DNA from: a virus
Lineage: Duplodnaviria > Caudoviricetes
Reading direction: 5' to 3' (one strand)
Length of the DNA: 29,880 nt
IMG/VR virus record: IMGVR_UViG_3300002092_000140
Location: 1-29,880 of that record
Position numbers and translations under genes: made by a program. This document shows, piece after piece, positions 6,750 through 15,350 of the stretch; the stretch's first letter is position 1, and each line of letters starts with the position of its first letter. The notes under the pieces were generated by a model. The model ran no database searches and was not told the origin of the DNA. It saw only the letters and a program-made list of their open reading frames with translations.

Positions 6750-7373
6750 TTAAGCCGCCTTTGCTTGTGGTGTAGGAATTGTGTAAATTTGATAAGTTTT
6801 AACATTATCAACCCTTAATGCCATCACGCAAAAAATCGCTAAATTGTCATAATCCTGCATTACGCTAGCGCCAGCGCTATTGTGTTTTAATTCAAAATTA
6901 GCATTTTTAGTGCCGCGTGAGATATTAAGCGCTTTATTGCCTTTTACTAAATATTCCCAGCTAAACTGCTGAATATTGCCGTCAAGGGTAAGCGGAATAA
7001 CGCGGCGATAATCGGGAAAGCGCCCGTCAACTGGTGTAAATATGACATTTTCCAAAATGTACTTATTGTTTGATAATTCTAGCGTTAAATATTTTGCTTT
7101 TTTATCCGCGTTTTTAATTGCAGCTTTGATAGCATCATTCGGGATAATAAAATCAATCGCGCCTTTTGGTACCTCATTAAAAGGCTCATCGCCAGTGAGA
7201 TAATCAATTTTATTGAACAATACGTGCCCGTCAGTAGCGGTTGTTATAATGTGCCAGCGCCCTGCATCTTTTAGTATTTCAATTTGCGCGCCTTTTAAAT
7301 AGTAGCGTACATCATTTACAGCCGCGCATAATAAAGCCGCTTCCAGCGTTGATTTTTTTAATGATAGTTTCAT
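6750..7373 (-). CDS. truncated DNA polymerase III beta-clamp (DnaN)-like protein
   Basis: DVRYYL.G, ATDGH.L and DGRFPDYRRVIP match DnaN central-domain signatures; only 207 aa. Confidence 0.85.
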   Translation of the reverse strand: MKLSLKKSTLEAALLCAAVNDVRYYLKGAQIEILKDAGRWHIITTATDGHVLFNKIDYLTGDEPFNEVPKGAIDFIIPNDAIKAAIKNADKKAKYLTLELSNNKYILENVIFTPVDGRFPDYRRVIPLTLDGNIQQFSWEYLVKGNKALNISRGTKNANFELKHNSAGASVMQDYDNLAIFCVMALRVDNVKTYQIYTIPTPQAKAA

Positions 7374-7410
7374 TTAAAGCCCCTTTGACAAAAGTTTAAT
7401 GATTATCGAG

Positions 7411-7455
7411 TGATAATCCGCAAGCCCTCTATATGCAAAAGGCTTGCAGGTATCA
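7411..7455 (-). other. intergenic RNA hairpin, possible processing site
   Basis: UGAUA..GCAAGCCUUUU-GCAUAU-AGAGGGCUUGC..UAUCA; no U tract. Confidence 0.55.
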
Positions 7456-7456
7456 T

Positions 7457-7888
7457 TCAAACAACCGGCGGCGTGGCTTGCCTTAATTCGCTGGATAATT
7501 TAGCGTTCAAAAATCCGAGCCTTTCCAGCTTGCCTATAATGTAATAATTGGTAGCAAATACCATATCCATGCCGCAACCAATAATCCTGAAATAATCGCT
7601 TTGACTGTTTACCGGCTTATATTCCAGCATACAAAAAAACTCGTAAAAATTTAAAAGAGAATAGCGCGTTTTTCCTTCATACTTGCCCGGTGATGATTCT
7701 AAAAATTTAAGAGTTCTGCTCATACCGGATGCACTTATTTTATCAATTGCACATATTATGCGGCGCTCTCTAATCGCTTTTATATAGCGCTTGGCGTGGC
7801 GTTCAAAATCCGCGCTTGTAGCTGGATAATTCCGACCCTTGTTATATTTTTTTAATAGTGCATCAATATCGGCGTGATTGATTTTCAT
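7457..7888 (-). CDS. phage hypothetical protein (S.SGMSR / GCGMDM motifs)
   Basis: 143-aa ORF with AAAGGGG RBS; motifs recalled from phage early proteins. Confidence 0.8.
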   Translation of the reverse strand: MKINHADIDALLKKYNKGRNYPATSADFERHAKRYIKAIRERRIICAIDKISASGMSRTLKFLESSPGKYEGKTRYSLLNFYEFFCMLEYKPVNSQSDYFRIIGCGMDMVFATNYYIIGKLERLGFLNAKLSSELRQATPPVV

Positions 7889-7937
7889 TTTAAAGCCCCT
7901 TTAATTGTATAGTTTAATTCCTGCTTCCAAGTCGTAT

Positions 7938-8192
7938 CTAATCAGCAGGGTGTGTATAGAGTGGTTTAATTGACACAGATTTTCTCAATCCATAAGCATT
8001 TGCATCATCTTTATTATTGAATACAAATATCTTATTTTTGTTTGGAAATGCTGCGTCTTTTCCATACCAAGCTACAGGCTCTTGTGCTGGCTGTACTACA
8101 GGCTCTTGTGCTGGCTGTACTAATGCTTCCATAAGTCCTTCAATATACCCAAGTTGCTCAAATACAATTCTTAATGCTTCTTCTCTGGTCAT
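7938..8192 (-). CDS. mosaic accessory protein, copy E
   Basis: Start placed at 8192 by identity with copy B; QPAQEPV twice and PLYTHPA box. Confidence 0.72.
   Translation of the reverse strand: MTREEALRIVFEQLGYIEGLMEALVQPAQEPVVQPAQEPVAWYGKDAAFPNKNKIFVFNNKDDANAYGLRKSVSIKPLYTHPAD
8072..8119. repeat. 24-bp perfect tandem duplication
   Basis: ctacaggctcttgtgctggctgta x2, encoding the VQPAQEPV linker. Confidence 0.95.
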
Positions 8193-8198
8193 CACAAC
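8106..8198. repeat. 93-bp dispersed direct repeat, copy 2
   Basis: Matches 1631-1723 with 3 mismatches. Confidence 0.93.
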
Positions 8199-8269
8199 CC
8201 CCCCCATATCCACACAATTTGAATTTTGAGATAGTGCCGCATTATTTGAAATATAGCGTATTGCATCAT
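8192..8269 (-). CDS. 25-aa ORF MMQYAIFQIMRHYLKIQIVWIWGGL, possibly a remnant
   Basis: AAAGGGG RBS, ATGA overlap upstream and TGATG overlap downstream. Confidence 0.4.
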   Translation of the reverse strand: MMQYAIFQIMRHYLKIQIVWIWGGL

Positions 8270-8367
8270 TTGCCCCTTTTCTCAAAATATTCCGCTATCG
8301 CGCCAGCTACAGCCAAAACGCCAATAAGCCCGATTAAATAAATAAATAAGATAATTAAGTTATCCAT
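8266..8367 (-). CDS. 33-aa single-pass membrane peptide
   Basis: Translated by hand: MDNLIILFIYLIGLIGVLAVAGAIAEYFEKRGK; AAAGGG RBS. Confidence 0.65.
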   Translation of the reverse strand: MDNLIILFIYLIGLIGVLAVAGAIAEYFEKRGK

Positions 8368-8412
8368 AGTGAAGCCCTTTTATAAATAAGGCGGCTTTCA
8401 CCGCCGTTATAG

Positions 8413-8607
8413 TTAAACAATAAAATCGCCGTGTTGAATAATTGCAGGTATTGCCGCCGCCTTAATAATCATTAGATTTTTGTTAGCGGTTGTTTTAGTA
8501 GAACGAATAAGGGCGCTTATAGAGCGTGCCGCGTATCCGATATACTCTTTGTTTAATTTAGCCGCTTGAATTGCGTTATTTAGTTCATTAGCTTCTAATT
8601 TAGTCAT
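8413..8607 (-). CDS. first gene of the early operon, hypothetical
   Basis: AAAGGG RBS before ATG at 8607; downstream of a near-consensus promoter. Confidence 0.72.
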   Translation of the reverse strand: MTKLEANELNNAIQAAKLNKEYIGYAARSISALIRSTKTTANKNLMIIKAAAIPAIIQHGDFIV

Positions 8608-8647
8608 TTTAAAACCCTTTTGTTTAATAAATGTATAAGACACCTAT

Positions 8648-8676
8648 ACAATAATAAAGCTAAAAGAGAATGTCAA
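8648..8676 (-). promoter_or_regulatory. sigma70-like early promoter
   Basis: TTGACA-17 nt-TATTGT. Confidence 0.78.
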
Positions 8677-8683
8677 GCGCTTA

Positions 8684-8712
8684 TTGCAAAATAAATACTC
8701 TCGTTATATTGT
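8684..8712 (+). promoter_or_regulatory. divergent sigma70-like promoter firing into non-coding DNA
   Basis: TTGCAA-17 nt-TATTGT. Confidence 0.5.
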
Positions 8713-9113
8713 GCGGTTATCCGTTCGGGAATAAAGCACTAGGGGCGGATAGCAGGGCGATATACTAGGGCGATTTAACATATATCAAGCGTAGGCGGAT
8801 AATCAAGCGCGTTAAACCAGCAAACCTTTTAAGCTGGCATAGTTGATTAAGCGATAAAGCGATTAAGGCGTTATTATCGTGGCGGAACCCGTCAAGCCAG
8901 CAACCAGATTATATGTCTGGCTTTTATTTGGCTTTGGGCGGCGTGCGTGGCTGAACCCGTATGAACTACAGATAGCTAGACATAGAATAGACAAAAAATA
9001 GCTTACCTTACAACGCGCTCACAAAAATGTACAACGGTCTTAAGCGCTCATACATACTATTACATACTATAAAGAGCTTAACAATATGGGACAATTGCGC
9101 CCAAAATATGTGT

Positions 9114-9145
9114 AAATGCGAATGATAATAAGAATAATTCTCAAT
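9114..9145. promoter_or_regulatory. Fur-box-like hexamer array
   Basis: aatgcgaatgataataagaataattctcaat; 7-1-7 core TAAGAAT-A-ATTCTCA. Confidence 0.4.
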
Positions 9146-9227
9146 GGGGCACATAGGTGTGTGAGTGTGGGGAACCTTTCCAATCCCCCCAAAAAAGAAA
9201 TATTCATATAATAAATATTATTGATAG

Positions 9228-9236
9228 TGGTATGAT
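9228..9236 (+). promoter_or_regulatory. extended -10 promoter, leaderless transcript
   Basis: TGG-TATGAT followed by 6 nt and the ATG at 9243. Confidence 0.5.
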
Positions 9237-9242
9237 TAACGC

Positions 9243-9476
9243 ATGTATAAATTGAATCTATCTCGTGGTGGTTATCGTCTGCTCTTTTGGATTGCAGAAC
9301 ATTATCCTGCTGGCGCTTTGAAACACGGTGAAGGTGGGTGGACTACGCAAGCTAAGGTTGACTTAGGTTATACACAGCCAATGTTATCAATGCTGGCTAA
9401 AGAATTAGAAGCACATGGACTGCTTAAACGTACGTCTGGTGGTTTTATAATCTTGTTTAAGTTACATAGTAAATAA
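9243..9476 (+). CDS. winged helix-turn-helix protein
   Basis: LGYTQPMLSMLAKELEAHGLLKR is a MarR-like wHTH pattern. Confidence 0.72.
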   Translation: MYKLNLSRGGYRLLFWIAEHYPAGALKHGEGGWTTQAKVDLGYTQPMLSMLAKELEAHGLLKRTSGGFIILFKLHSK

Positions 9477-9497
9477 AAACTTTAAAGGGAGAATGAA

Positions 9498-9725
9498 ATG
9501 GCTAATGCTAAAGGCTTTGCAGAGTTTGTATCATCTGTACCCGCACAGGATGTTGGGTATATCTTAATTGCGGTAGATGTAGAGGAAGGTGGCAATATGC
9601 CAATGACTATTGCAAGTAATGTGCAGATGGATATTGGTAGGCAGTTGGTGAAGTCTTTATTACGCCAATGGGGTGATTTAGATTTACAGCCAATACAAAA
9701 TGCTGAATTTACTGATATGCAATAA
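9498..9725 (+). CDS. hypothetical protein upstream of terminase
   Basis: AAAGGGAG RBS; TAATG coupling to terL. Confidence 0.72.
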   Translation: MANAKGFAEFVSSVPAQDVGYILIAVDVEEGGNMPMTIASNVQMDIGRQLVKSLLRQWGDLDLQPIQNAEFTDMQ

Positions 9726-11509
9726 TGCGTTTTAACAAAGAACACTTCTGGCAATTTTGTAGTCACCTCAAAATTGAATCTAAAGAAAAGGGGTTAATTC
9801 CCCTTATTCCTAATGGCTGTCAAAGAGCCTATGTAGATGCCATTGCTGATGGTTTAAACAATGAGGATATTCACGACTTCAAATTTCTTAAAGGCAGGCA
9901 GTTGGGGATTTCAACGATTTCTCTTGCTTTAGACTTATATTGGAATTTTAAACATAGAGCCTTGCAAGGTACGCTTGTTACGCACAATGATGATGCCCGT
10001 GAGTTTTTTAGAGCAACCCTTGAAAACTATATGTCCTACTTGCCGCGTGAATACAAAGTGCCGATTAAAGCACATAACCGCACACAGCTTATCTTTAAAA
10101 ACAATTCACGGTTTGTTTATCAAGTAGCCGGTACCCGTAAGTCTGGTAACTTAGGTCGGTCAACCGCTTCTAGTTTTTCTCATGCAACCGAAGTGGCTTT
10201 CTGGGGCGATGAAGAAGGCTTGAAGTCTTTTGAAGCTACCCTTGCTGATAACAACCCAGACCGTTTGTATATCTGGGAAACCACAGCCAATGGCTACAAT
10301 CATTTTCACGATATGTGGATTACTGCCAAACGAAGCATTACTCAAAAAGCAGTATTCATTGGATGGTGGCTTAATGAAAGCTATCGCGCTGAAAAAGGTA
10401 CGCCTGTTTACGAAGCCTATTGGGATGGCACATTAGACCCAGAAGAACAAGCATGGGTCAATAACGTACAACGTCTTTATAAATATCACATAGAGCCAGA
10501 ACAAATTGCTTGGTGGCGTTGGCGTTTAGAAGAAAAGATGAACGGCGATTCTGTGATGATGATGCAGGAATTCCCGCCTACAGAATATGATGCGTTTGTG
10601 TTGTCTGGCAGTCAATTCTTTACAAGTGACCGCATTACTAAAGCCTATCGTCATGCAATGGACTTTGAAGATAATTATCAATCTTTACGGTTTAGCATGG
10701 GTGAGCGTTTTGATGAAACAGAACTCCGCCCGACAACTCCAATGAACGCTGAACTTAAGATTTGGAAAATGCCTGTGAAAGGGGCTTACTATGTTATTGG
10801 TGCTGACCCTGCTTATGGCAGTAGTGACTGGGCTGATAGATTCGCGATTGTCGTATTACGTTGCTACGCTGACGGCATTGAGCAAGTCGCAGAGTACGCT
10901 ACTGATGCTTGTAATACGTATCAATTTGCTTGGATTATTGCTTATCTCGCAGGTGCGTATGGCAACTGCATGGTCAACTTAGAGATTAACGGTCCGGGTC
11001 AAGCTGTCTGGAATGAAATACTTAACTTAAAACGATTAGCTGGCATGAATGTGCCGGGAATGTCTAAAGGAATACAAGATGTGTTGGGAAACATACGCTC
11101 TTACCTGTATCGCCGTACTGATAGCATTGGCATGGGTGGGTTAGCTTATCAATGGAAAACTACGTTTGATACTAAACACCGCATGATGCACTTTTTAAAA
11201 GATAACTTTGAACGAGAAAATTTAAAGATACGCTCAATAGAGTGCATTGAAGAAATGAAATCCATTGTGCAAGATGGCGGTTCTATTGAAGCCTCCGGTA
11301 AAGGCAAGGATGACAGGGTAATGGCAATGGCACTTGCCGCTATTGCTTGGGGTGAGTGGATTAAATACGAACTCATTACGCAAGGTATTACCTACGCCGC
11401 TTCTGCAAGACGCGATGAAATTCAATCTACAGAGCAAACGCAGACTGGTACTTTGGTGATGAACTATCTAAAGCGGATAGGAATTAGCGATGTTAATACT
11501 CAGCGCTGA
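9725..11509 (+). CDS. terL: terminase large subunit
   Basis: KGRQLGIST (Walker A), HATEVAFW (Walker B), ETTANG (motif III), IGADPA and DDRVMA nuclease motifs. Confidence 0.95.
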   Translation: MRFNKEHFWQFCSHLKIESKEKGLIPLIPNGCQRAYVDAIADGLNNEDIHDFKFLKGRQLGISTISLALDLYWNFKHRALQGTLVTHNDDAREFFRATLENYMSYLPREYKVPIKAHNRTQLIFKNNSRFVYQVAGTRKSGNLGRSTASSFSHATEVAFWGDEEGLKSFEATLADNNPDRLYIWETTANGYNHFHDMWITAKRSITQKAVFIGWWLNESYRAEKGTPVYEAYWDGTLDPEEQAWVNNVQRLYKYHIEPEQIAWWRWRLEEKMNGDSVMMMQEFPPTEYDAFVLSGSQFFTSDRITKAYRHAMDFEDNYQSLRFSMGERFDETELRPTTPMNAELKIWKMPVKGAYYVIGADPAYGSSDWADRFAIVVLRCYADGIEQVAEYATDACNTYQFAWIIAYLAGAYGNCMVNLEINGPGQAVWNEILNLKRLAGMNVPGMSKGIQDVLGNIRSYLYRRTDSIGMGGLAYQWKTTFDTKHRMMHFLKDNFERENLKIRSIECIEEMKSIVQDGGSIEASGKGKDDRVMAMALAAIAWGEWIKYELITQGITYAASARRDEIQSTEQTQTGTLVMNYLKRIGISDVNTQR

Positions 11510-12005
11510 TGAAATACGTCAAAAATTAAGAATATTGCTGTTTCAAGAGCAAATCCCAGTCACAAGACTTGCCAAAGACTGTGGAATGGATGCCAAAACG
11601 ATTTTAAAGGCTTCCAATGGTGATATGACCGGATTTACTGCTAGACGGTTCTCAAGGTACTTTGATTTACGCGAAAAAGGCGTATTAGCACCTAAGATTG
11701 AGGAAAACCGAACTATTCTGGGGACTGAACGCAGTAAAAGTAGAATTGCGGGTCAAATTAGCAGAATGTATGGGGAATTAAAGCAATACAGGGATAATTT
11801 TGGGAAAAGCAGAGAATCTCTTGAGCAAATGACTAATGCTGAATTGGAAGTGGTGTTTTTTAGCGTAGAAAGCCAATTAAAATACAATTTGCTTAAAAAA
11901 TACGCAGATGTTATTGAAAAATACCATATTTGGTTATACGATAAATGGGATTATTGGCAATGGAAAGAAAAACTAGAGCTGACATTGCGCGATACAGGGA
12001 AGTAA
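11490..12005 (+). CDS. hypothetical protein with N-terminal HTH-like region
   Basis: IPVTRLAKDCGMDAKTILK resembles an HTH; overlaps terL end. Confidence 0.7.
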   Translation: MLILSADEIRQKLRILLFQEQIPVTRLAKDCGMDAKTILKASNGDMTGFTARRFSRYFDLREKGVLAPKIEENRTILGTERSKSRIAGQISRMYGELKQYRDNFGKSRESLEQMTNAELEVVFFSVESQLKYNLLKKYADVIEKYHIWLYDKWDYWQWKEKLELTLRDTGK

Positions 12006-12409
12006 GAAACCTTCCGACACCGGTGGCAAATGGTGTTTATGAAATGGCAGTCAAAGCGTTTGAAAATGGCTGTCCTAACTTTGAACACCCGGTGGTATTG
12101 CGTGGCTTAATAGTCAAGCCGTTTAAAGACGGCAGGCAATGGAAAATTAAAGCGCGTGGCGTTGAAATGTTTTTTAGATGGTTTATGAACCATATTCCTA
12201 CCGATGTAGTAGAAGGTAAACGATACACCATTGTGGGTGACTTACTGACTGCCAATCAAGGTAAGAAATTTATATTAGATGATTGTGTAATTGTTCCTAG
12301 ACATAAAGCATTTATGGAAAAGATGGACAACACAATACATTCTAGTGTATTGAATATAAACGAATATATTGAAAAACCAAACAAAGATACATTTTTTATT
12401 AAGGAGTAG
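11945..12409 (+). CDS. hypothetical protein, start uncertain
   Basis: ORF fills the operon gap; true start may be near 12002-12044. Confidence 0.6.
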   Translation: MGLLAMERKTRADIARYREVRNLPTPVANGVYEMAVKAFENGCPNFEHPVVLRGLIVKPFKDGRQWKIKARGVEMFFRWFMNHIPTDVVEGKRYTIVGDLLTANQGKKFILDDCVIVPRHKAFMEKMDNTIHSSVLNINEYIEKPNKDTFFIKE

Positions 12410-12411
12410 TG

Positions 12412-13026
12412 ATGGCAGACCAACCGTTAGTGGTACCGCAATCTATTCAGCCTTCTGTGTTGCCACAACTTACTCCTGCAATTAAAACTGTTGCGCCGCA
12501 ACAAAACTTATATCAGCAAGCGGTTACAATGTACCCAAAATTAAATGATTTTCCTGTGATGTATAAAGAATCATTTACAACGGATAAGAAAAAACCATTT
12601 TTAGAATTTTATCCAACACAAGAAACAATGCGACCAACCGAGTTTCCAATTGACAAATTTGGTGTTGAGGTATTTAGAAAAAATACAAAGCCTACTGATA
12701 TTGCCGCAGATATTGTTTCTCACGGCATGGTTAAATCAGATGAAACATTGAAAAAAATATATACTGATTTTGCGGCTAGTTTAAATAATCCTAAACAGCA
12801 AGCAAGATTAAAAGAGCAGTACGCGTATGCAGTTAAAAATGAAGGCGAAAAAAGACCTTATGATAAATGGTTAGAAATGTCTGGGTTGCCAGCTTATTTT
12901 AGAGGTTATGCGTTTAAGCAATGGGACCAAAAGTTTGTTGATAAAGCATACACTCCAGCGCAAAAGAAAATGTTAGATGATGCAATTGATTATTTAAAAG
13001 GGAAAAAACAAAATGGCGGTTATTAA
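12412..13026 (+). CDS. hypothetical protein
   Basis: AAGGAG RBS; about 204 aa. Confidence 0.75.
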   Translation: MADQPLVVPQSIQPSVLPQLTPAIKTVAPQQNLYQQAVTMYPKLNDFPVMYKESFTTDKKKPFLEFYPTQETMRPTEFPIDKFGVEVFRKNTKPTDIAADIVSHGMVKSDETLKKIYTDFAASLNNPKQQARLKEQYAYAVKNEGEKRPYDKWLEMSGLPAYFRGYAFKQWDQKFVDKAYTPAQKKMLDDAIDYLKGKKQNGGY

Positions 13027-13426
13027 AGAATATATTTGTAAGGCGCATGGTGCATTTGAAGGTTTTGACCCTGCTTGCCCGCATGGTTGCAAAGGTACAA
13101 TGGTAGAGCGTGAGTTTAGGTCTGCGCCTGCTGTGCATTATAAAGACGGATTTAATCAATCTAGCAATATTGATAAAAACCTAAACAATTTAGCCAAAGA
13201 TTATGGCATGACAGACATTAAACATAATTCAATGGGTTCGGTAGCGGGTTCATTGCCGCCAGACTTATCTCCACGTTGGGGTAGCGGTGGTTTAGCTGGA
13301 TTGCAAAAAGAAGGACACCAATTAGGTCAGTCTGGATTAAATGTAGTTCAAAATACATTAAGGAAGCCAGAAGAAACAATTCCGGCTCACGTTAAAGCAC
13401 AAAGTGCGAAGGACTTGGTAACATGA
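13013..13426 (+). CDS. FmdB-like zinc-ribbon protein
   Basis: EYICKAHG..FE....CPHGC N-terminus; directly upstream of portal. Confidence 0.72.
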   Translation: MAVIKEYICKAHGAFEGFDPACPHGCKGTMVEREFRSAPAVHYKDGFNQSSNIDKNLNNLAKDYGMTDIKHNSMGSVAGSLPPDLSPRWGSGGLAGLQKEGHQLGQSGLNVVQNTLRKPEETIPAHVKAQSAKDLVT

Positions 13427-15024
13427 AAATCCCTAAAGAAAATGACAAGCGCGAAGAATTTTATTGGGAATTAATTGGAAAATGTGGATATTCCGCCGCA
13501 GACCGAAAACCTCAATACAGCCGACTAAGAAATAACTTTTTGTTTGGTTCAACCGAAGGTACGCCAGTACCATTTAACAAAATCTATCCTCACATTGATT
13601 TGCTAACGTCTTTTCTGTTTTCAATTGATACTACTCGTTTTTCCATTGACCTTGATGCGGATGCCGATAAAGAAGAAATTAACAAATTAAGCGTTGGTAC
13701 TAAAGCGGTCAATGAAGCATGGCATAAAGGTAATGCCGATGTTGTGTTTAATACTTGTTTGCAATGGTCATTGGTTTACAACACGATGATTATGAAATTA
13801 GTCCCTACCATTGGTGGCGCGGTTTCATACCATGCGTTAGAGCCACATAACTTTGGCGTACTTCGTGAGGACATTCCATACGTTGACCGTCAAGAAGCTA
13901 TGTACCACTCTTATTACGTTACTAAATCTGAATTAGAGCGTTTGTTGGATAAGCATCCTCATAAAGAATCTATTATGAAACGCCTTGAAGGTGCGCCAAC
14001 GTCATATCAAGAAACAATGCCAGATGCAATTACTCGCTTGGTTACTTCTGCATCTAATCCAAGCATGATTGGTAACGCAAGTATTGGACAAACAAGCACC
14101 ACGTACAGACCTTCCGTATCAGAAGATATGATTAAGATGTATGAGTTGTGGTTATGGAATGATGAAGTTAAAGATTATCAAACTGTAACAATGGCTGAAC
14201 CGGGCGTAGTCATTTATGACCGAAAAAACATTTTTGTTGAGGGTGAAGTGCCTTTTGTGCAAGTATGCCCTAACCCTTTGTATGACTATTTTTGGGGTGA
14301 ATCAGAGGTTGAGCGATTAGTTGAACTTCAAAAATGGCGCACACAGCGCATGGATGATATTGATGAAATATTTGCTAAACAAGCTAAACCACCAACAATG
14401 GTTAATGGCACGTTTGGTATTCCAGATGAAATGAATTTTGCATTAAATTATGCAGGCGGTTTATTAAAGTCACAAGACCCTACCGCTAAAGTAGAGCGCT
14501 TCTCTCCAGACCTTCCTCCAGAATCATTTACAATTATCCATGAAATTGATGCCATGTTTGCAGAGGCTTCTGGTATGGGCAATATGATGATGGGTAAAGG
14601 TGAATCCGGTGTACGTAGTAAAGGTCATGCGGATACGCTTGCTAGAATTGGCTCTAGCCGCGCTAAAAAACGTGCGTTGATAGTAGAAGATGCTTTAGAA
14701 AAGATTGCTTCTCTCACGCTTAAGTGTTTGCGTGTGTATGACAAGACAAGGTACTTAGATGATGACAAAATGCCATTCCAATTGGCGCAATTGACTGCTA
14801 AATGTTCTGTTAAAGTAGATGCACATTCATCCTCACCAATTTACGTTGAAGATTATCGTCAAATGATTGCTGAGTTATTCCAAGCTAAAGCCATTGACCG
14901 TAAATCTATGATTGAAATGTTGCATCCACCAATGGAACCTATTTTGTTAGACCGTTTGGCAAAGATTGAGGAAAATGAAGCAAAACAACAACAAGCACAG
15001 CAAGGTCAACAAAAACAAGGTTAA
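13423..15024 (+). CDS. portal protein
   Basis: 533 aa, mostly helical, Q-rich C-terminus, between terminase and capsid genes. Confidence 0.82.
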   Translation: MKIPKENDKREEFYWELIGKCGYSAADRKPQYSRLRNNFLFGSTEGTPVPFNKIYPHIDLLTSFLFSIDTTRFSIDLDADADKEEINKLSVGTKAVNEAWHKGNADVVFNTCLQWSLVYNTMIMKLVPTIGGAVSYHALEPHNFGVLREDIPYVDRQEAMYHSYYVTKSELERLLDKHPHKESIMKRLEGAPTSYQETMPDAITRLVTSASNPSMIGNASIGQTSTTYRPSVSEDMIKMYELWLWNDEVKDYQTVTMAEPGVVIYDRKNIFVEGEVPFVQVCPNPLYDYFWGESEVERLVELQKWRTQRMDDIDEIFAKQAKPPTMVNGTFGIPDEMNFALNYAGGLLKSQDPTAKVERFSPDLPPESFTIIHEIDAMFAEASGMGNMMMGKGESGVRSKGHADTLARIGSSRAKKRALIVEDALEKIASLTLKCLRVYDKTRYLDDDKMPFQLAQLTAKCSVKVDAHSSSPIYVEDYRQMIAELFQAKAIDRKSMIEMLHPPMEPILLDRLAKIEENEAKQQQAQQGQQKQG

Positions 15025-15128
15025 ATTAACAATTGATGAATATTTAATCAATAGTTAAGCAAAAGTATTGACATTAAAAACAATTAGGTGAAATATAGGC
15101 AAAAGTAAAGTTAATTGCGGAGGTTTAA

Positions 15129-15302
15129 ATGGCTTATCAAAATTCGTCTGGTAGTTCAGCGTCACGTACGCAGTCATTTTCACCAAGCACACCAAACAAC
15201 ACAATTGATTATTCTCGCTCTAATGTTAGAGGCTCTGGGTTTAGTCAAAACCGCACTTCATCTACTAGAAGTAATCAACGTAGAAGTAATAGCGGTAGAT
15301 AA
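15129..15302 (+). CDS. 57-aa Ser/Arg/Asn-rich basic disordered protein
   Basis: GGAGGT RBS; MAYQNSSGSSASRTQSFSPSTPNNTIDYSRSNVRGSGFSQNRTSSTRSNQRRSNSGR. Confidence 0.72.
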   Translation: MAYQNSSGSSASRTQSFSPSTPNNTIDYSRSNVRGSGFSQNRTSSTRSNQRRSNSGR

Positions 15303-15308
15303 GGATTG

Positions 15309-15350
15309 ATGATGGCTTGCGGTTCAAGAAATAAACGTAGATATCGTTAA
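15309..15350 (+). CDS. basic micropeptide MMACGSRNKRRYR
   Basis: TAAGGA RBS immediately after the previous stop. Confidence 0.5.
   Translation: MMACGSRNKRRYR

Noticed and set aside
8193-8285. N-terminal extension of ORF 7938-8285
   Set aside because: TTG start without RBS; identity with copy B places the start at 8192.
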